DNA from: Phycisphaerae bacterium
GTDB taxonomy: Bacteria; Planctomycetota; Phycisphaerae; UBA1845
Assembly (NCBI GenBank): GCA_046753625.1
Contig: JBHHUB010000001.1
Coordinates: 4,377 to 68,376, forward strand
Length of the DNA stretch: 64,000 bases
Direction: 5' to 3'
In this document: piece by piece, positions 36,645-45,282 of the stretch
Layout of the letters: every line of letters starts with the position of its first letter
Numbering within the stretch: the stretch's first letter is position 1
Notes under the pieces: model-generated
Databases searched by the model: none
What the model saw: the letters and a program-made list of their open reading frames with translations, nothing else
What the model was told of the DNA's origin: nothing
Made by a program: the position numbers and the translations under genes

Positions 36645-37883
36645 TCAATCTTGACGGGTCTGAGGGACCGGCTCGGCGTAGCGAGCCAGTTCGTAATCGT
36701 CTCCGCAGGCCCTCCAGAAGTATACCGGAAGCGTTGTCGCTTGGGCCATAAAGCGTGCCGTTCGCTCCGCGGCCGTGGTGGACATGTTGGCAACGATTAC
36801 CGCATCGGCGGCGGTGGGATCGGTGCCTCGCCCGTACCGATCAAGAACTTCCTTCACGCTGTGCACGGGGACGCCGCGATAGCAGCGATCCAACGCGGTG
36901 AACCGATCGTCGGCGACGGCCACGACGTCGATGCCGGCCTGCCCACAGCCTCGATGAAACGCGTAGACGTTCTTGCCTAGATCGGCGAACACGACGCGGC
37001 TGATGCCCTCTTCCGCAAGTTGGCTCATGGCCGATTCCATGGCACCCCACCGAAAGAAAAACTCCAGCGCCGCCGCGTCAAGCCGAAAGCCAGCATACTC
37101 TTTGCGTTCCGAAGATTCGAGCGCGGATGCCTCGGACACGCCTTGTTCGTATTCTTTCACGTGGCCGCGTGCGACAGCCAGCCAGCGGTAGCGCTGCAAG
37201 GTGTCGTCGCGGTAGATGCGCAGATAGTCGTCGGGCAAGTATCGGGCGGCAACGCGCAGGTTGTTGCGTACGTCCAGACACGTGGTTCGCTCCGGCTTGC
37301 GCGCTTGCGGGCTCTTCTCGTGCCGGACCGAGAGATCGGGAAACACGCCGATCTTCCATCCCGCCGCGACCAGTCGGAAGGCCAGATCGTATTCTTCGGC
37401 TTGCATGAAAAAGCGTTTGTCCAAGCCGCCGACATCGCGCAGCGCCTCAAGCCGCAGGCCCACGCCGCACCCGACGAACACCCCCGGCAGCGCCGCGCCT
37501 TCATGCTGACCGTCGGGCAGAATCACGTCGAACCCGGCCGCTGCGAGGCGGCGATCCGCTCGGAAGTGTTGGATCATCTTGGCGATGCTGCCCGCTAGAG
37601 GGTGCGAATCGTCATCGAGAAAGACGACGTATTGCCCCCGCGCAACGTCTACGCCATACGCTTTCGCACAGCTTCCTTCGTTAGTATCCAGCGGGATCAC
37701 CTGATCGGCGAGCGCGGTGGCGAGATTTCGGGTACCGTCAGTCGAAGCGTTGTCGACCACAACGATCTCGAACAAATCCCGCGGCGGTCCGCAGTGCACT
37801 ACTGCGGCTAACGTGCGCTTGACCTCATCGTGGCGATTGTGGGTTGCCAGTACAAAACTAACCAGCAGCTCCGGTCTCAGCAT
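36645..37883 (-). CDS. glycosyltransferase family 2 with extra C-terminal Rossmann-like domain
   Basis: Diagnostic segments are VSFVLATHNRHDEVKRTL..IVVVDNASTDGT and VVFLDDDSHP. Confidence 0.85.
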   Translation of the reverse strand: MLRPELLVSFVLATHNRHDEVKRTLAAVVHCGPPRDLFEIVVVDNASTDGTRNLATALADQVIPLDTNEGSCAKAYGVDVARGQYVVFLDDDSHPLAGSIAKMIQHFRADRRLAAAGFDVILPDGQHEGAALPGVFVGCGVGLRLEALRDVGGLDKRFFMQAEEYDLAFRLVAAGWKIGVFPDLSVRHEKSPQARKPERTTCLDVRNNLRVAARYLPDDYLRIYRDDTLQRYRWLAVARGHVKEYEQGVSEASALESSERKEYAGFRLDAAALEFFFRWGAMESAMSQLAEEGISRVVFADLGKNVYAFHRGCGQAGIDVVAVADDRFTALDRCYRGVPVHSVKEVLDRYGRGTDPTAADAVIVANMSTTAAERTARFMAQATTLPVYFWRACGDDYELARYAEPVPQTRQD

Positions 37884-38128
37884 GACGCCTCCCCCTATTG
37901 CAAGGCTCTCGAACCGTACAACGCCGCCTCACCCATACGTCAGCCTAAATCAGGACCGGCACCGCAACGACGTTTCAGGCGAGATACCCGGCGGCGTTTC
38001 GGGTTGTGCAGCGCTCCACGCGATGGATATCGGCATTCTCGCGTTCGCCCTGTACGCCGGGTGTCGACAGCCGCGATTGACGCCCTGCAGCCGCTTTCCT
38101 AGGATGCTGTGGAAGAGGCGGAGAACCC

Positions 38129-38779
38129 ATGCCCCCGATCATCAACCGGCCTATCGGTACCCCCAAACCCATCGCGCTGTTCGGTGGGAGTTTCAACCCC
38201 ATCCACAATGGCCACCTGAGCATAGCTCGCGCCGTGGCAGCGCGCGTGGGCGTGGATCGCGTCGTTTTGCTGCCCAGCCAGTCGCCGCCGCACAAGTCCG
38301 CCGGGTCGCTGGTGGACGCCGCGCATCGGTTGGCGATGATCCAACTGGCTGTGGAGGACGATCCGATTTGTTCCGTCCACGAGTGGGATCTCGACCGTGC
38401 CGGGCCGACGTACACGATCGAAACCGTGGACCATTTCCGCCGCGAACTGGGCGAGCAAAGGGAAATCTGTTGGATCATCGGGGCGGATTCGCTGGCCGAA
38501 TTGCACCTCTGGCATCGCGTCGCCGAGTTGGTGGATCGTTGCCGGTTTCTTACTGCCGCCCGGCCAGGAAGCGAGGTGCTCGATTGGGAGCCGCTTGCTT
38601 CGTTGCTGTCTCCGCCCCAGCTCGAAAAGCTCAAGTCCGGCGTGCTGGAAACCCCCATGGTAGACATTTCGGCCACCGAGATTCGTCGCCGGGTCGCCGC
38701 GGGCGCGTCGCTCGAAGGGTTGGTTCCGCCGGGCGTCGCCGCGTACATAGCCGATCATGGGCTGTATGCCGGTGGGTAG
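38129..38779 (+). CDS. nadD: nicotinate-nucleotide adenylyltransferase
   Basis: Diagnostic segments are LFGGSFNPIHNGHL, PPHK and ISATEIRRR. Confidence 0.92.
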   Translation: MPPIINRPIGTPKPIALFGGSFNPIHNGHLSIARAVAARVGVDRVVLLPSQSPPHKSAGSLVDAAHRLAMIQLAVEDDPICSVHEWDLDRAGPTYTIETVDHFRRELGEQREICWIIGADSLAELHLWHRVAELVDRCRFLTAARPGSEVLDWEPLASLLSPPQLEKLKSGVLETPMVDISATEIRRRVAAGASLEGLVPPGVAAYIADHGLYAGG

Positions 38780-38793
38780 TGCTGCGAAGAAAA

Positions 38794-38943
38794 GTTGTAA
38801 CCGTTCACAGGGTGGAATCGGCTTTAGCGCTCCCCAAACGGCATTGTGAGGGGCACGTCGTCCCCGTTTCGACCGCCTTTCTGTACCGACCATCACGAAA
38901 ACCACTTATTCTATAGGGTCTTGACCCCGTGAACGGTTACGAA
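38794..38943. repeat. long inverted repeat enclosing ~110 nt
   Basis: GTAACCGTTCAC (38797..38808) pairs with GTGAACGGTTAC (38929..38940). The helix is extendable to ~16-18 bp with one mismatch. It lies in the nadD-downstream spacer. Confidence 0.5.
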
Positions 38944-38960
38944 AAGTTTGTTCTGCGGGG

Positions 38961-39377
38961 TTGGCGCGGCCATTTGTAGCCCGGCCGCCGTCGGCTGAGC
39001 GGTTGCATCAGGGAGCGAACGGATTGACGCCACGCGATGACCGTCAAGACCTGTTTTGCCTGCACTGTGGGTACAACCTTCGGGGACTGTCCGGTGATCC
39101 GCGGCGATGTCCGGAGTGCGGCCGCCAGAGCGCGGTTGCGGACATGCTCATTCCCGCGGATCAAATCCGTAAGGCGTTGCGCCGGCTCGAAACCGGCCCG
39201 GCGCTCGCGACGAGCGTAGTGTTGATTTCTTTGTGCTTTCTGGCCATGCGGTGGGTCGCCGAGCGAGCCAAGCGGGCGATCGCCCCGATTCAACGAGCTC
39301 GCGCGGCGGCGATGGTCCGCGAACATAGGATTACAGGAACGCCAGAAGTGCGAGCCGGTGGGGTGCCTGAAGATTGA
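38961..39377 (+). CDS. zinc-ribbon protein with one TM segment, unknown function
   Basis: The CxxC-x16-CxxC motif is present (CLHCGYNLRGLSGDPRRCPECG), followed by a hydrophobic helix (ALATSVVLISLCFLAM). The TTG start is uncertain. Confidence 0.5.
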   Translation: MARPFVARPPSAERLHQGANGLTPRDDRQDLFCLHCGYNLRGLSGDPRRCPECGRQSAVADMLIPADQIRKALRRLETGPALATSVVLISLCFLAMRWVAERAKRAIAPIQRARAAAMVREHRITGTPEVRAGGVPED

Positions 39378-39430
39378 ACGTCGAAAGTCCTGGGTGACGT
39401 TGTGCCTTGAGGGTCAGCACGTCGCAACGA

Positions 39431-40696
39431 CTATTCGTACAGCGGGAACTGCGCGCAGAGCGATTTCACTTCGTTGCCGACCTGCTCGATCACGTTCGCG
39501 TCTCCCTGTGATCGCAAGACACGGTCGATCAGCTCCGCGATCGCACCCATTTGGGCTTCCCTCATACCGCGCGTTGTGACGGCCGGGGTGCCGAGTCGCA
39601 GGCCGCTGGTCTGCGTGGGCTTGCGCTCGTCGAACGGGATCATGTTCTTGTTGGTGACGATGCCGGATTGAACGAGCCAGGTCTCCGCTTGCGCTCCGGT
39701 GACGTCCGGATAGGCCGGGCGAAGGTCGAGGAGCATCAAATGATTGTCCGTGCCGCCGGAGACCAACCGGTTGCCTTGTTCGGCCAGCGCCGCGGCCAGC
39801 GCGCCGGCGTTGGCGATGATCTGACGCTGATAGTCGGCGAACTCCCGCGTGAGGGCCTCGCCAAAGGCCACGGCCTTGCCCGCTATGGCATGCATCAGCG
39901 GGCCGCCTTGCGTGCCCGGGAAGATGCGGGAGTTGATCTTCTTGCCCCATTCCTCTTTGCACATGATGAGTCCGCCGCGCGGGCCGCGTAAGGTTTTGTG
40001 CGTGGTGCTGGTCACGAATGCGGCCGTGGGGACGGGGCTGGGATGCAACTCCGTGGCGACCAGACCGGCGATGTGGGCGATGTCGGCCATGTGCAGCGCG
40101 CCGACCTCATCGGCGATGGCGGAAAAGCGATCGAAATCAATGGTGCGCGGATAGGCGGACGCCCCGGAGATGATGAGCTTGGGGCGGTGTTCCTTGGCGA
40201 GTCGCTCGATTTCATCGTAGTCAAACTGCTCGGTCTCCCGATTCACACCGTAGGACACGATTTTGTAGAGCAGCCCGCTGACGTTGACCTTCAGCCCGTG
40301 CGAAAGGTGGCCGCCGTGCGCCAGGTCGAGCGAGAGAATCGTATCGCCCGGCTCAAGCGCCGCCAGATAGACGGCCGTGTTGGCGTTGGCCCCAGAATGC
40401 GGCTGCACGTTGCAGCACTCGCACCCGAACAACTTGGTCAGCCGATCTCGGGCCAGATTCTCGATGGTGTCCATGTTTGCGCAGCCGCCGTAATAGCGCT
40501 TGCCCGGATAACCTTCGGCGTACTTGTTGGTGAACACCGAGCCGACGGCTTCCAACACGGCCTGCGACACGTGGTTTTCCGAGGCGATAAGCTCGATGGT
40601 GTTCTGCTGACGATCGACCTCGGCCAGCATGGCGGGTAGGATTTCCGGGTCGGTTTCCGCGATGGCTTCAAACGCGGCGCGTGTCGCGATGCTCAT
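39431..40696 (-). CDS. glyA: serine hydroxymethyltransferase
   Basis: Diagnostic segments are [22 protein letters not shown] (PLP lysine) and [10 protein letters not shown]. Confidence 0.95.
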   Translation of the reverse strand: MSIATRAAFEAIAETDPEILPAMLAEVDRQQNTIELIASENHVSQAVLEAVGSVFTNKYAEGYPGKRYYGGCANMDTIENLARDRLTKLFGCECCNVQPHSGANANTAVYLAALEPGDTILSLDLAHGGHLSHGLKVNVSGLLYKIVSYGVNRETEQFDYDEIERLAKEHRPKLIISGASAYPRTIDFDRFSAIADEVGALHMADIAHIAGLVATELHPSPVPTAAFVTSTTHKTLRGPRGGLIMCKEEWGKKINSRIFPGTQGGPLMHAIAGKAVAFGEALTREFADYQRQIIANAGALAAALAEQGNRLVSGGTDNHLMLLDLRPAYPDVTGAQAETWLVQSGIVTNKNMIPFDERKPTQTSGLRLGTPAVTTRGMREAQMGAIAELIDRVLRSQGDANVIEQVGNEVKSLCAQFPLYE

Positions 40697-40778
40697 GGAA
40701 TCACCTCTGTTATGGGTTCAACGTACAATCTTGGCAACAGTCGCCACGTTATCCGCCGTCGAGCCGAAAATCAACGTG

Positions 40779-40820
40779 GGGTCGAAGGTCAAAGGTCAAA
40801 GGTCGAAAATCGAAAATCGG
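40779..40820 (+). repeat. heptamer tandem array GGTCRAA x4 + AATCGAA x2
   Basis: The sequence is GGGTCGAAGGTCAAAGGTCAAAGGTCGAAAATCGAAAATCGG. Related arrays occur at 41714..41748 (inverted) and 59905..59928. Confidence 0.8.
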
Positions 40821-41078
40821 AGGCGGCGCCGGTGTGGTCGGTAGTCGGGGGGATGGGGGTTCCCGTGCCCTACCCCGCGCGGGTGCCCCACCTCCTGTGG
40901 GAGGTGGGGGCGCCGATGATCGTGACCGACTGATGCCTGCTTCTGCCAACGACCCAAGCCGCCGCGCCGTGGCGGTCCACCCGGATGGCATTCGATTCCT
41001 AGTGGCCGCGAGATCATCGGCTCCCCCATGTCCAATAGGACATGGGCCACCCGCCAGCCGTGTTTTTGCGGGCGTGGC

Positions 41079-41627
41079 CTATTGGGGCGGCATTTCCGGC
41101 TCGAGGTCGACACCGAGGCCGTCCGCGATGCGGTTGATGTAGTTGAAATAGGCCACGGTCTGTGTGGCGTCGTGAATGGCGCGATCGGAAAGCCCCAGGT
41201 TTCGCAGGTCGGAGACATCCTCGGAGGACATTTGGCCGGGCGTTTTGGTCAGCTTCAAAGCGAACGCGCACAGCGCGCGGTCAACGCTCGACAGCTCCGC
41301 TTCATTGAAATCCGCTACGATCTGATCGACCCATTCGTTGTTGTCAACCTCAACCCGGAGGTTGTCCGCGTGGGCATGGGTTCAGTAGTGACATTCGTTG
41401 GCACGAGACACCACGACAGCCATCATCTCCCGTTGCGCGCGGGTCAGCGGAGAATCGCCGTGCATGACCGCCATGTAGAGGCCCATGCCCGCTTGGAGCA
41501 CGGGTGGGTTCTGGCTTTGAACGCGGACGATGTTGAACACGCGCCCGGCCCGCTTCACACCGGCGGCGTACACCCGGGCCAACTGCCCTTCGGCCTGATC
41601 CTCCGCTATCTGTTCAATCCATGCCAT
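41079..41627 (-). CDS. AhpD/carboxymuconolactone-decarboxylase-family 'peroxidase-related' protein with in-frame UGA (probable selenocysteine, C-H-Y-U)
   Basis: The track ORF 41382..41627 stops at TGA right after ...SRANECHY. The same frame stays open for 100 more codons to TAG 41079..41081. Those codons complete the domain (..SVDRALCAFALKLTKTP..LSDRAIHDATQTVAYFNYINRIADGLGV). The TGA occupies the position of the second Cys of the family CxxC motif. Confidence 0.7.
41329..41381 (-). promoter_or_regulatory. candidate bacterial SECIS element
   Basis: It starts directly 3' of the UGA. A lower stem ACCCAU/AUGGGU encloses an apical 7-bp stem CAACCUC/GAGGUUG (41364..41345). The apical loop is CGGGUU, 26-30 nt after the UGA. 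Confidence 0.5.
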
Positions 41628-41713
41628 AACTTACCTCATTGAGTGCGATCACGCTTACGCGTCTCCGAACAATCGGAACAACTCCGTATCCAACCCGCGA
41701 TCGTGAAGACCCA

Positions 41714-41748
41714 TTGACCTTCGCCCTTTGGCTCTTGACCTTCGACCC
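41714..41748 (-). repeat. GAAGGTC-type repeat (inverted relative to 40779..40820)
   Basis: Minus strand reads GGGTCGAAGGTCAAGAGCCAAAGGGCGAAGGTCAA. It starts a few nt after the L,D-transpeptidase stop codon. Confidence 0.65.
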
Positions 41749-41757
41749 TCCCACGCC

Positions 41758-42846
41758 TCAATTCAGCACCCTCACGGTGGAATGAGTTTCTACTAAATAG
41801 GCGTACAGTTGCGCCACGTCGTCATTGTACATGCGGATGCAGCCCAACGATACGCTGTGTCCGATGCTGTTGGGCTCGATCGTCCCGTGGATGCCGTACC
41901 GCTGAGCGCCGAGGGCATCTCCATCCGCACCGATCAGGGCGATCCAGCGCTCGCCGAGTGGGTTGGCCGGATCGTCCGCGGCGATCATCTGACCACCACG
42001 CGGCGGGTAATAAGTGGGGTTCCTGAGTTTGGTGCCCACACGCCATGTCCCCGTGGGGGTGCCGTCATCGGCTCCCAGGCCGACCTTGAAGTGCGTGACG
42101 AAGGTATCGCCCAGATAGACGTCCAAGACGTATTCGTGCTTGTGCACGACGGCTCGGAACGGTCCATAGATGACTTTGATTACCTGCCCCGCGCGAATGA
42201 GATTGATGTTTTCGATGTTGTTGATCGATGCCAGCAGCCCGGCGGATATCTTGTGGGCTTTGGCGATCTCGCCCAGGGTATCGCCCGGCTTGATCGAATA
42301 CCGACCGACGTGCGCATCGCCGGACCAGGTGCGCGGCGAGAGAATCGTGTCGTTGCCGATGCGCGTCAGCGCCGTGCGCAGGCGCGTGCGATCGGGCTCG
42401 CCGATCTCCGCGAGCATGGCTTCACTGTACCGGGCTCGGGCCGTGAGCACGTCGTTTTCGGCCATCGCTTGATCCCCGGCACGAATCAAGGCGGCCAGAC
42501 GATTTCCGTTGGCTTCGCGGCTCGCGGGGGGCTTGGCCGGCGTGCGCTTGGCGCGTTTCGCTGATACAGGCCTTTTAGGGGATCGTGCGGTGGCGGTTTC
42601 GGACCGGTCCGGTACCGTCTGGCGCTTGGCTGCATCCGACGTGGCCCCAGGCATGCCTGCAAGCAGCGGCTTCTGATTGCCCAGCGGACTGGCCGCGAGC
42701 CCTTGAGCGGGATCGGGCGGCGACGCATCCGGCGTCAGCCACCACGCTCCGGCGGCCAGAACCGCAAGGCCCGCAACGATCGGAACAACAGGTAGGCCGC
42801 GCCGCCGGCGAGTCCGACGGGGGCGGTAGGAACGGCGTCTTGCCAT
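41758..42846 (-). CDS. LysM domain-containing L,D-transpeptidase (YkuD family)
   Basis: The LysM unit is YSIKPGDTLGEIAKAHKISAGLLASINNI..AGQVIKV. The catalytic motif is YGIHGT...SVSLGCIRM. The start was set to ATG 42846 (GGAGG upstream; MARRRSYRPRRTRRRRGLPVVPIVAGLAVLAAGAWW). Confidence 0.88.
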   Translation of the reverse strand: MARRRSYRPRRTRRRRGLPVVPIVAGLAVLAAGAWWLTPDASPPDPAQGLAASPLGNQKPLLAGMPGATSDAAKRQTVPDRSETATARSPKRPVSAKRAKRTPAKPPASREANGNRLAALIRAGDQAMAENDVLTARARYSEAMLAEIGEPDRTRLRTALTRIGNDTILSPRTWSGDAHVGRYSIKPGDTLGEIAKAHKISAGLLASINNIENINLIRAGQVIKVIYGPFRAVVHKHEYVLDVYLGDTFVTHFKVGLGADDGTPTGTWRVGTKLRNPTYYPPRGGQMIAADDPANPLGERWIALIGADGDALGAQRYGIHGTIEPNSIGHSVSLGCIRMYNDDVAQLYAYLVETHSTVRVLN

Positions 42847-43251
42847 GGTTTCGCCTCCATGCGCGAAAGTTGATGCGGGGGCCAGCCGCAAAACGGCCTG
42901 ACCATTCGTGGGTACCACACCTGTAATCAAGCTTACGCCCATTTCGCTCGGATGCAAGTGGAATTACCGCGATCGGGAGTGGCCGCGGCACAATCGCGTC
43001 CAAACGCCAAACCTTAGCCGAACACCCGGCAACGCGGTTCCCCGCGCTCGAGCAGTTCTCATTCGACGGCTACCCGCCGCGATTCGATCGGCATCGCTCG
43101 TGAAGAGACAGAATCTCACAGAGCCTAGCGCCGATAGATTCGGACGGTCATGGTAAAAAGAGGCCGTCATCGCGTTCTTGTGGTGGTGCTGCTTGACGGA
43201 ACGCGCCGGTCTGTCTCCAATGCGGATGCGATTTGCGGAGAAACACAGGCG

Positions 43252-43833
43252 ATGGCAAGCTCCAAGATCAATCCCATGGCGCCGCGTTGGGACGTCGAGC
43301 GGACCAGTGGGGTCTGCGCGCAAACCGGGGAAACGATCCATGAGGGGGAGGCTTTCTACTCCGTCTTGTTCGAGGAGGGGGATTCCTTCCGCCGCGCCGA
43401 CTACAGCCTGGCCGCGTGGGACGGACCGCCGGAAGGCGCTTACTGCCATTACAAGACGCGTATGGCCGTCAAAGAGAAACGCAAAAAAACCTTCGTCGAC
43501 AACGAAATGCTGCGCGCGTTTTTTCTGCGGCTCGCGGACGAGCAGGAACCGGCCCGGGTCCGTTTTCGCTTCGTGATCGCGTTGATTCTGATGCGCAAAC
43601 GCATTTTGCGGTATGAACATTCCGTGACCACGGATGGTATTGAAGTCTGGGACATGCATTTGACTAGAGATCCGTCGGTCCACAAGGTTGTCAATCCCCG
43701 TATGTCGGAAGATCAAATCGAGGAGGTCAGCGGCCAACTCTCGGGCATTCTGCACGCGGACATGGGCGAATGGGACATCGAAGATACTTCCGCTGATGGC
43801 ATCGATGACGAAGGATCGCCGGATGAAGCTTGA
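43252..43833 (+). CDS. hypothetical protein with acidic C-terminus
   Basis: ATG 43252 begins MASSKINPMAPRWDVERTSGVCAQTGETIHEGEAFYSVLFEE. The coding-like composition contrasts with the antisense 293-aa shadow ORF. The stop overlaps the next gene's start by 11 nt. Confidence 0.6.
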   Translation: MASSKINPMAPRWDVERTSGVCAQTGETIHEGEAFYSVLFEEGDSFRRADYSLAAWDGPPEGAYCHYKTRMAVKEKRKKTFVDNEMLRAFFLRLADEQEPARVRFRFVIALILMRKRILRYEHSVTTDGIEVWDMHLTRDPSVHKVVNPRMSEDQIEEVSGQLSGILHADMGEWDIEDTSADGIDDEGSPDEA

Positions 43834-44662
43834 GGTCATCCTCAAGCCCGGCGTGCGGGTGGCGCTGTTCGCGGTGGCGATGACGTGCGGAGCGTGTCAG
43901 CCCAAGACCATCGAAGTGGTCCCCGCGCGGGAAACACCGCTCGCGCGGGCGTGCGCGGTGGTCAACGGCAACGTAGCACGCATCGCCGGCACACTGCGCG
44001 CGACCGGTCCGGTGGACGCGCGCGTAGTCGACGCGGACGGCAGAACGCGCACCTTTTCACTCGACGGCACTCTTTTCTACCTGGCGCCGCATTTCGTGCG
44101 GTTTGATTTGAAGAAGCTGGGCGCAACGCAGGTTCGCGTAGGTTCCAATGCGACGCGGTTTTGGTACTACGCCAAGGACACCGACCGCTATGAGTGTGGG
44201 TGGCACGGGCGGCATCGGGTTCGGGGGTGGGATCTTCCCATCATGCCCGAGGAGCTCGTCGAGGCGTTTGGCCTGACGCCGATTCCGACCGGTCTGATCG
44301 TTCCGGGCGAGGTCACGCGATTGCAGCGCATCGAGCGAGACTATCAGCAAGTGCTTTTCCTGCACGAGTCGGCCGGGCGCGGTATTCGGATTGCAAAGGA
44401 ATACTGGCTCGATCGTTATCCACCTCACCTCACGCGGCGGGTCGTGTTCCGCAACGAAATAGGCGGCGTCGACATGCTTTCCAACCTTGGTGACTACAGG
44501 CGGCTCGGTGCCGGCGGACCTTTGTTGCCCCATCGCCTGGATGTGGAGTGGTTCGACCCCCCGCTGAAGTTGCGTTTCAAGGTTCGCCGATGGAAGTCGG
44601 TACCCCAGGTCGTTGAAGATGGGATTCAGTTTCGGACCCCCGGCGAGTGTGCGAATCCATGA
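43823..44662 (+). CDS. lipoprotein, unknown function (LolA/LolB-like size and pattern)
   Basis: ATG 43823 begins MKLEVILKPGVRVALFAVAMTCGAC, a lipobox-like signal. The rest is beta-rich. Confidence 0.6.
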   Translation: MKLEVILKPGVRVALFAVAMTCGACQPKTIEVVPARETPLARACAVVNGNVARIAGTLRATGPVDARVVDADGRTRTFSLDGTLFYLAPHFVRFDLKKLGATQVRVGSNATRFWYYAKDTDRYECGWHGRHRVRGWDLPIMPEELVEAFGLTPIPTGLIVPGEVTRLQRIERDYQQVLFLHESAGRGIRIAKEYWLDRYPPHLTRRVVFRNEIGGVDMLSNLGDYRRLGAGGPLLPHRLDVEWFDPPLKLRFKVRRWKSVPQVVEDGIQFRTPGECANP

Positions 44663-45282
44663 GACGCGGTCGACGCATGCTTTCCCCAAACTACATCGAG
44701 CGGTGGTGGCGGCTTGGCTTGCTCGGATTGTCGCTGTGCGGCACCGGCATCCTTCCTGCGCTGGCCGATCCGCCCGACGAGCTGTTTGGCGTGGCCGGCA
44801 ATCAGCGGATTATCTGGCTGTTTCAGAACATGACGCATGCTGAGAGCAAGCAGACGGCGCTCTTTTTTACCTACCGGCCACTTGATAAAGCCAAGAAGAC
44901 CCGGTTTGCCCCGCGACCATTCGGACCGATCGGCGGTGAGATTGCCGCCATGGCGGTTTCCGGGCGGAAACTGCACATCATTTACAGCGATGGGACGCAT
45001 CAATCTTTGGTTCCGCCGACCGGGCCTTGGAGCATGATCGCCGGATGCAAGCAGGTGCGCGAGCGCAATCTCCCGGATTCGACCGTGCCGATGGCGCTGG
45101 CCGGAGACCTCGGTAGTGAACAGCTCTACGCTTTGATTACGTCGCGCCGCGCCGCCGCCCTGATGCCCTCGGTGGAGCCGGCGGCCGCGGGCACGTCCGG
45201 AAAGGCGGCTCCCGAAGGCGATGGCTTCGTTACGTGCGGACGTAGAGGAGAACGCGCGGGCGCAATCCGCGCTGAGCGTTGA
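44647..45282 (+). CDS. signal-peptide protein, probably the N-terminal part of a disrupted larger gene
   Basis: A signal-like segment is present (WWRLGLLGLSLCGTGILPALA). The motif GRKLHIIYSDGTH is echoed by AGRIHLIYRPD in the next ORF. The reading frame changes near 45215..45225. Confidence 0.45.
   Translation: MCESMRRGRRMLSPNYIERWWRLGLLGLSLCGTGILPALADPPDELFGVAGNQRIIWLFQNMTHAESKQTALFFTYRPLDKAKKTRFAPRPFGPIGGEIAAMAVSGRKLHIIYSDGTHQSLVPPTGPWSMIAGCKQVRERNLPDSTVPMALAGDLGSEQLYALITSRRAAALMPSVEPAAAGTSGKAAPEGDGFVTCGRRGERAGAIRAER

Noticed and set aside
37717-38916. 399-aa plus-strand ORF spanning the GT2 5' end and nadD
   Set aside because: It is R/P/G/S-rich. It overlaps two well-supported genes (GT2 on the other strand, nadD in another frame), so it is a shadow ORF.
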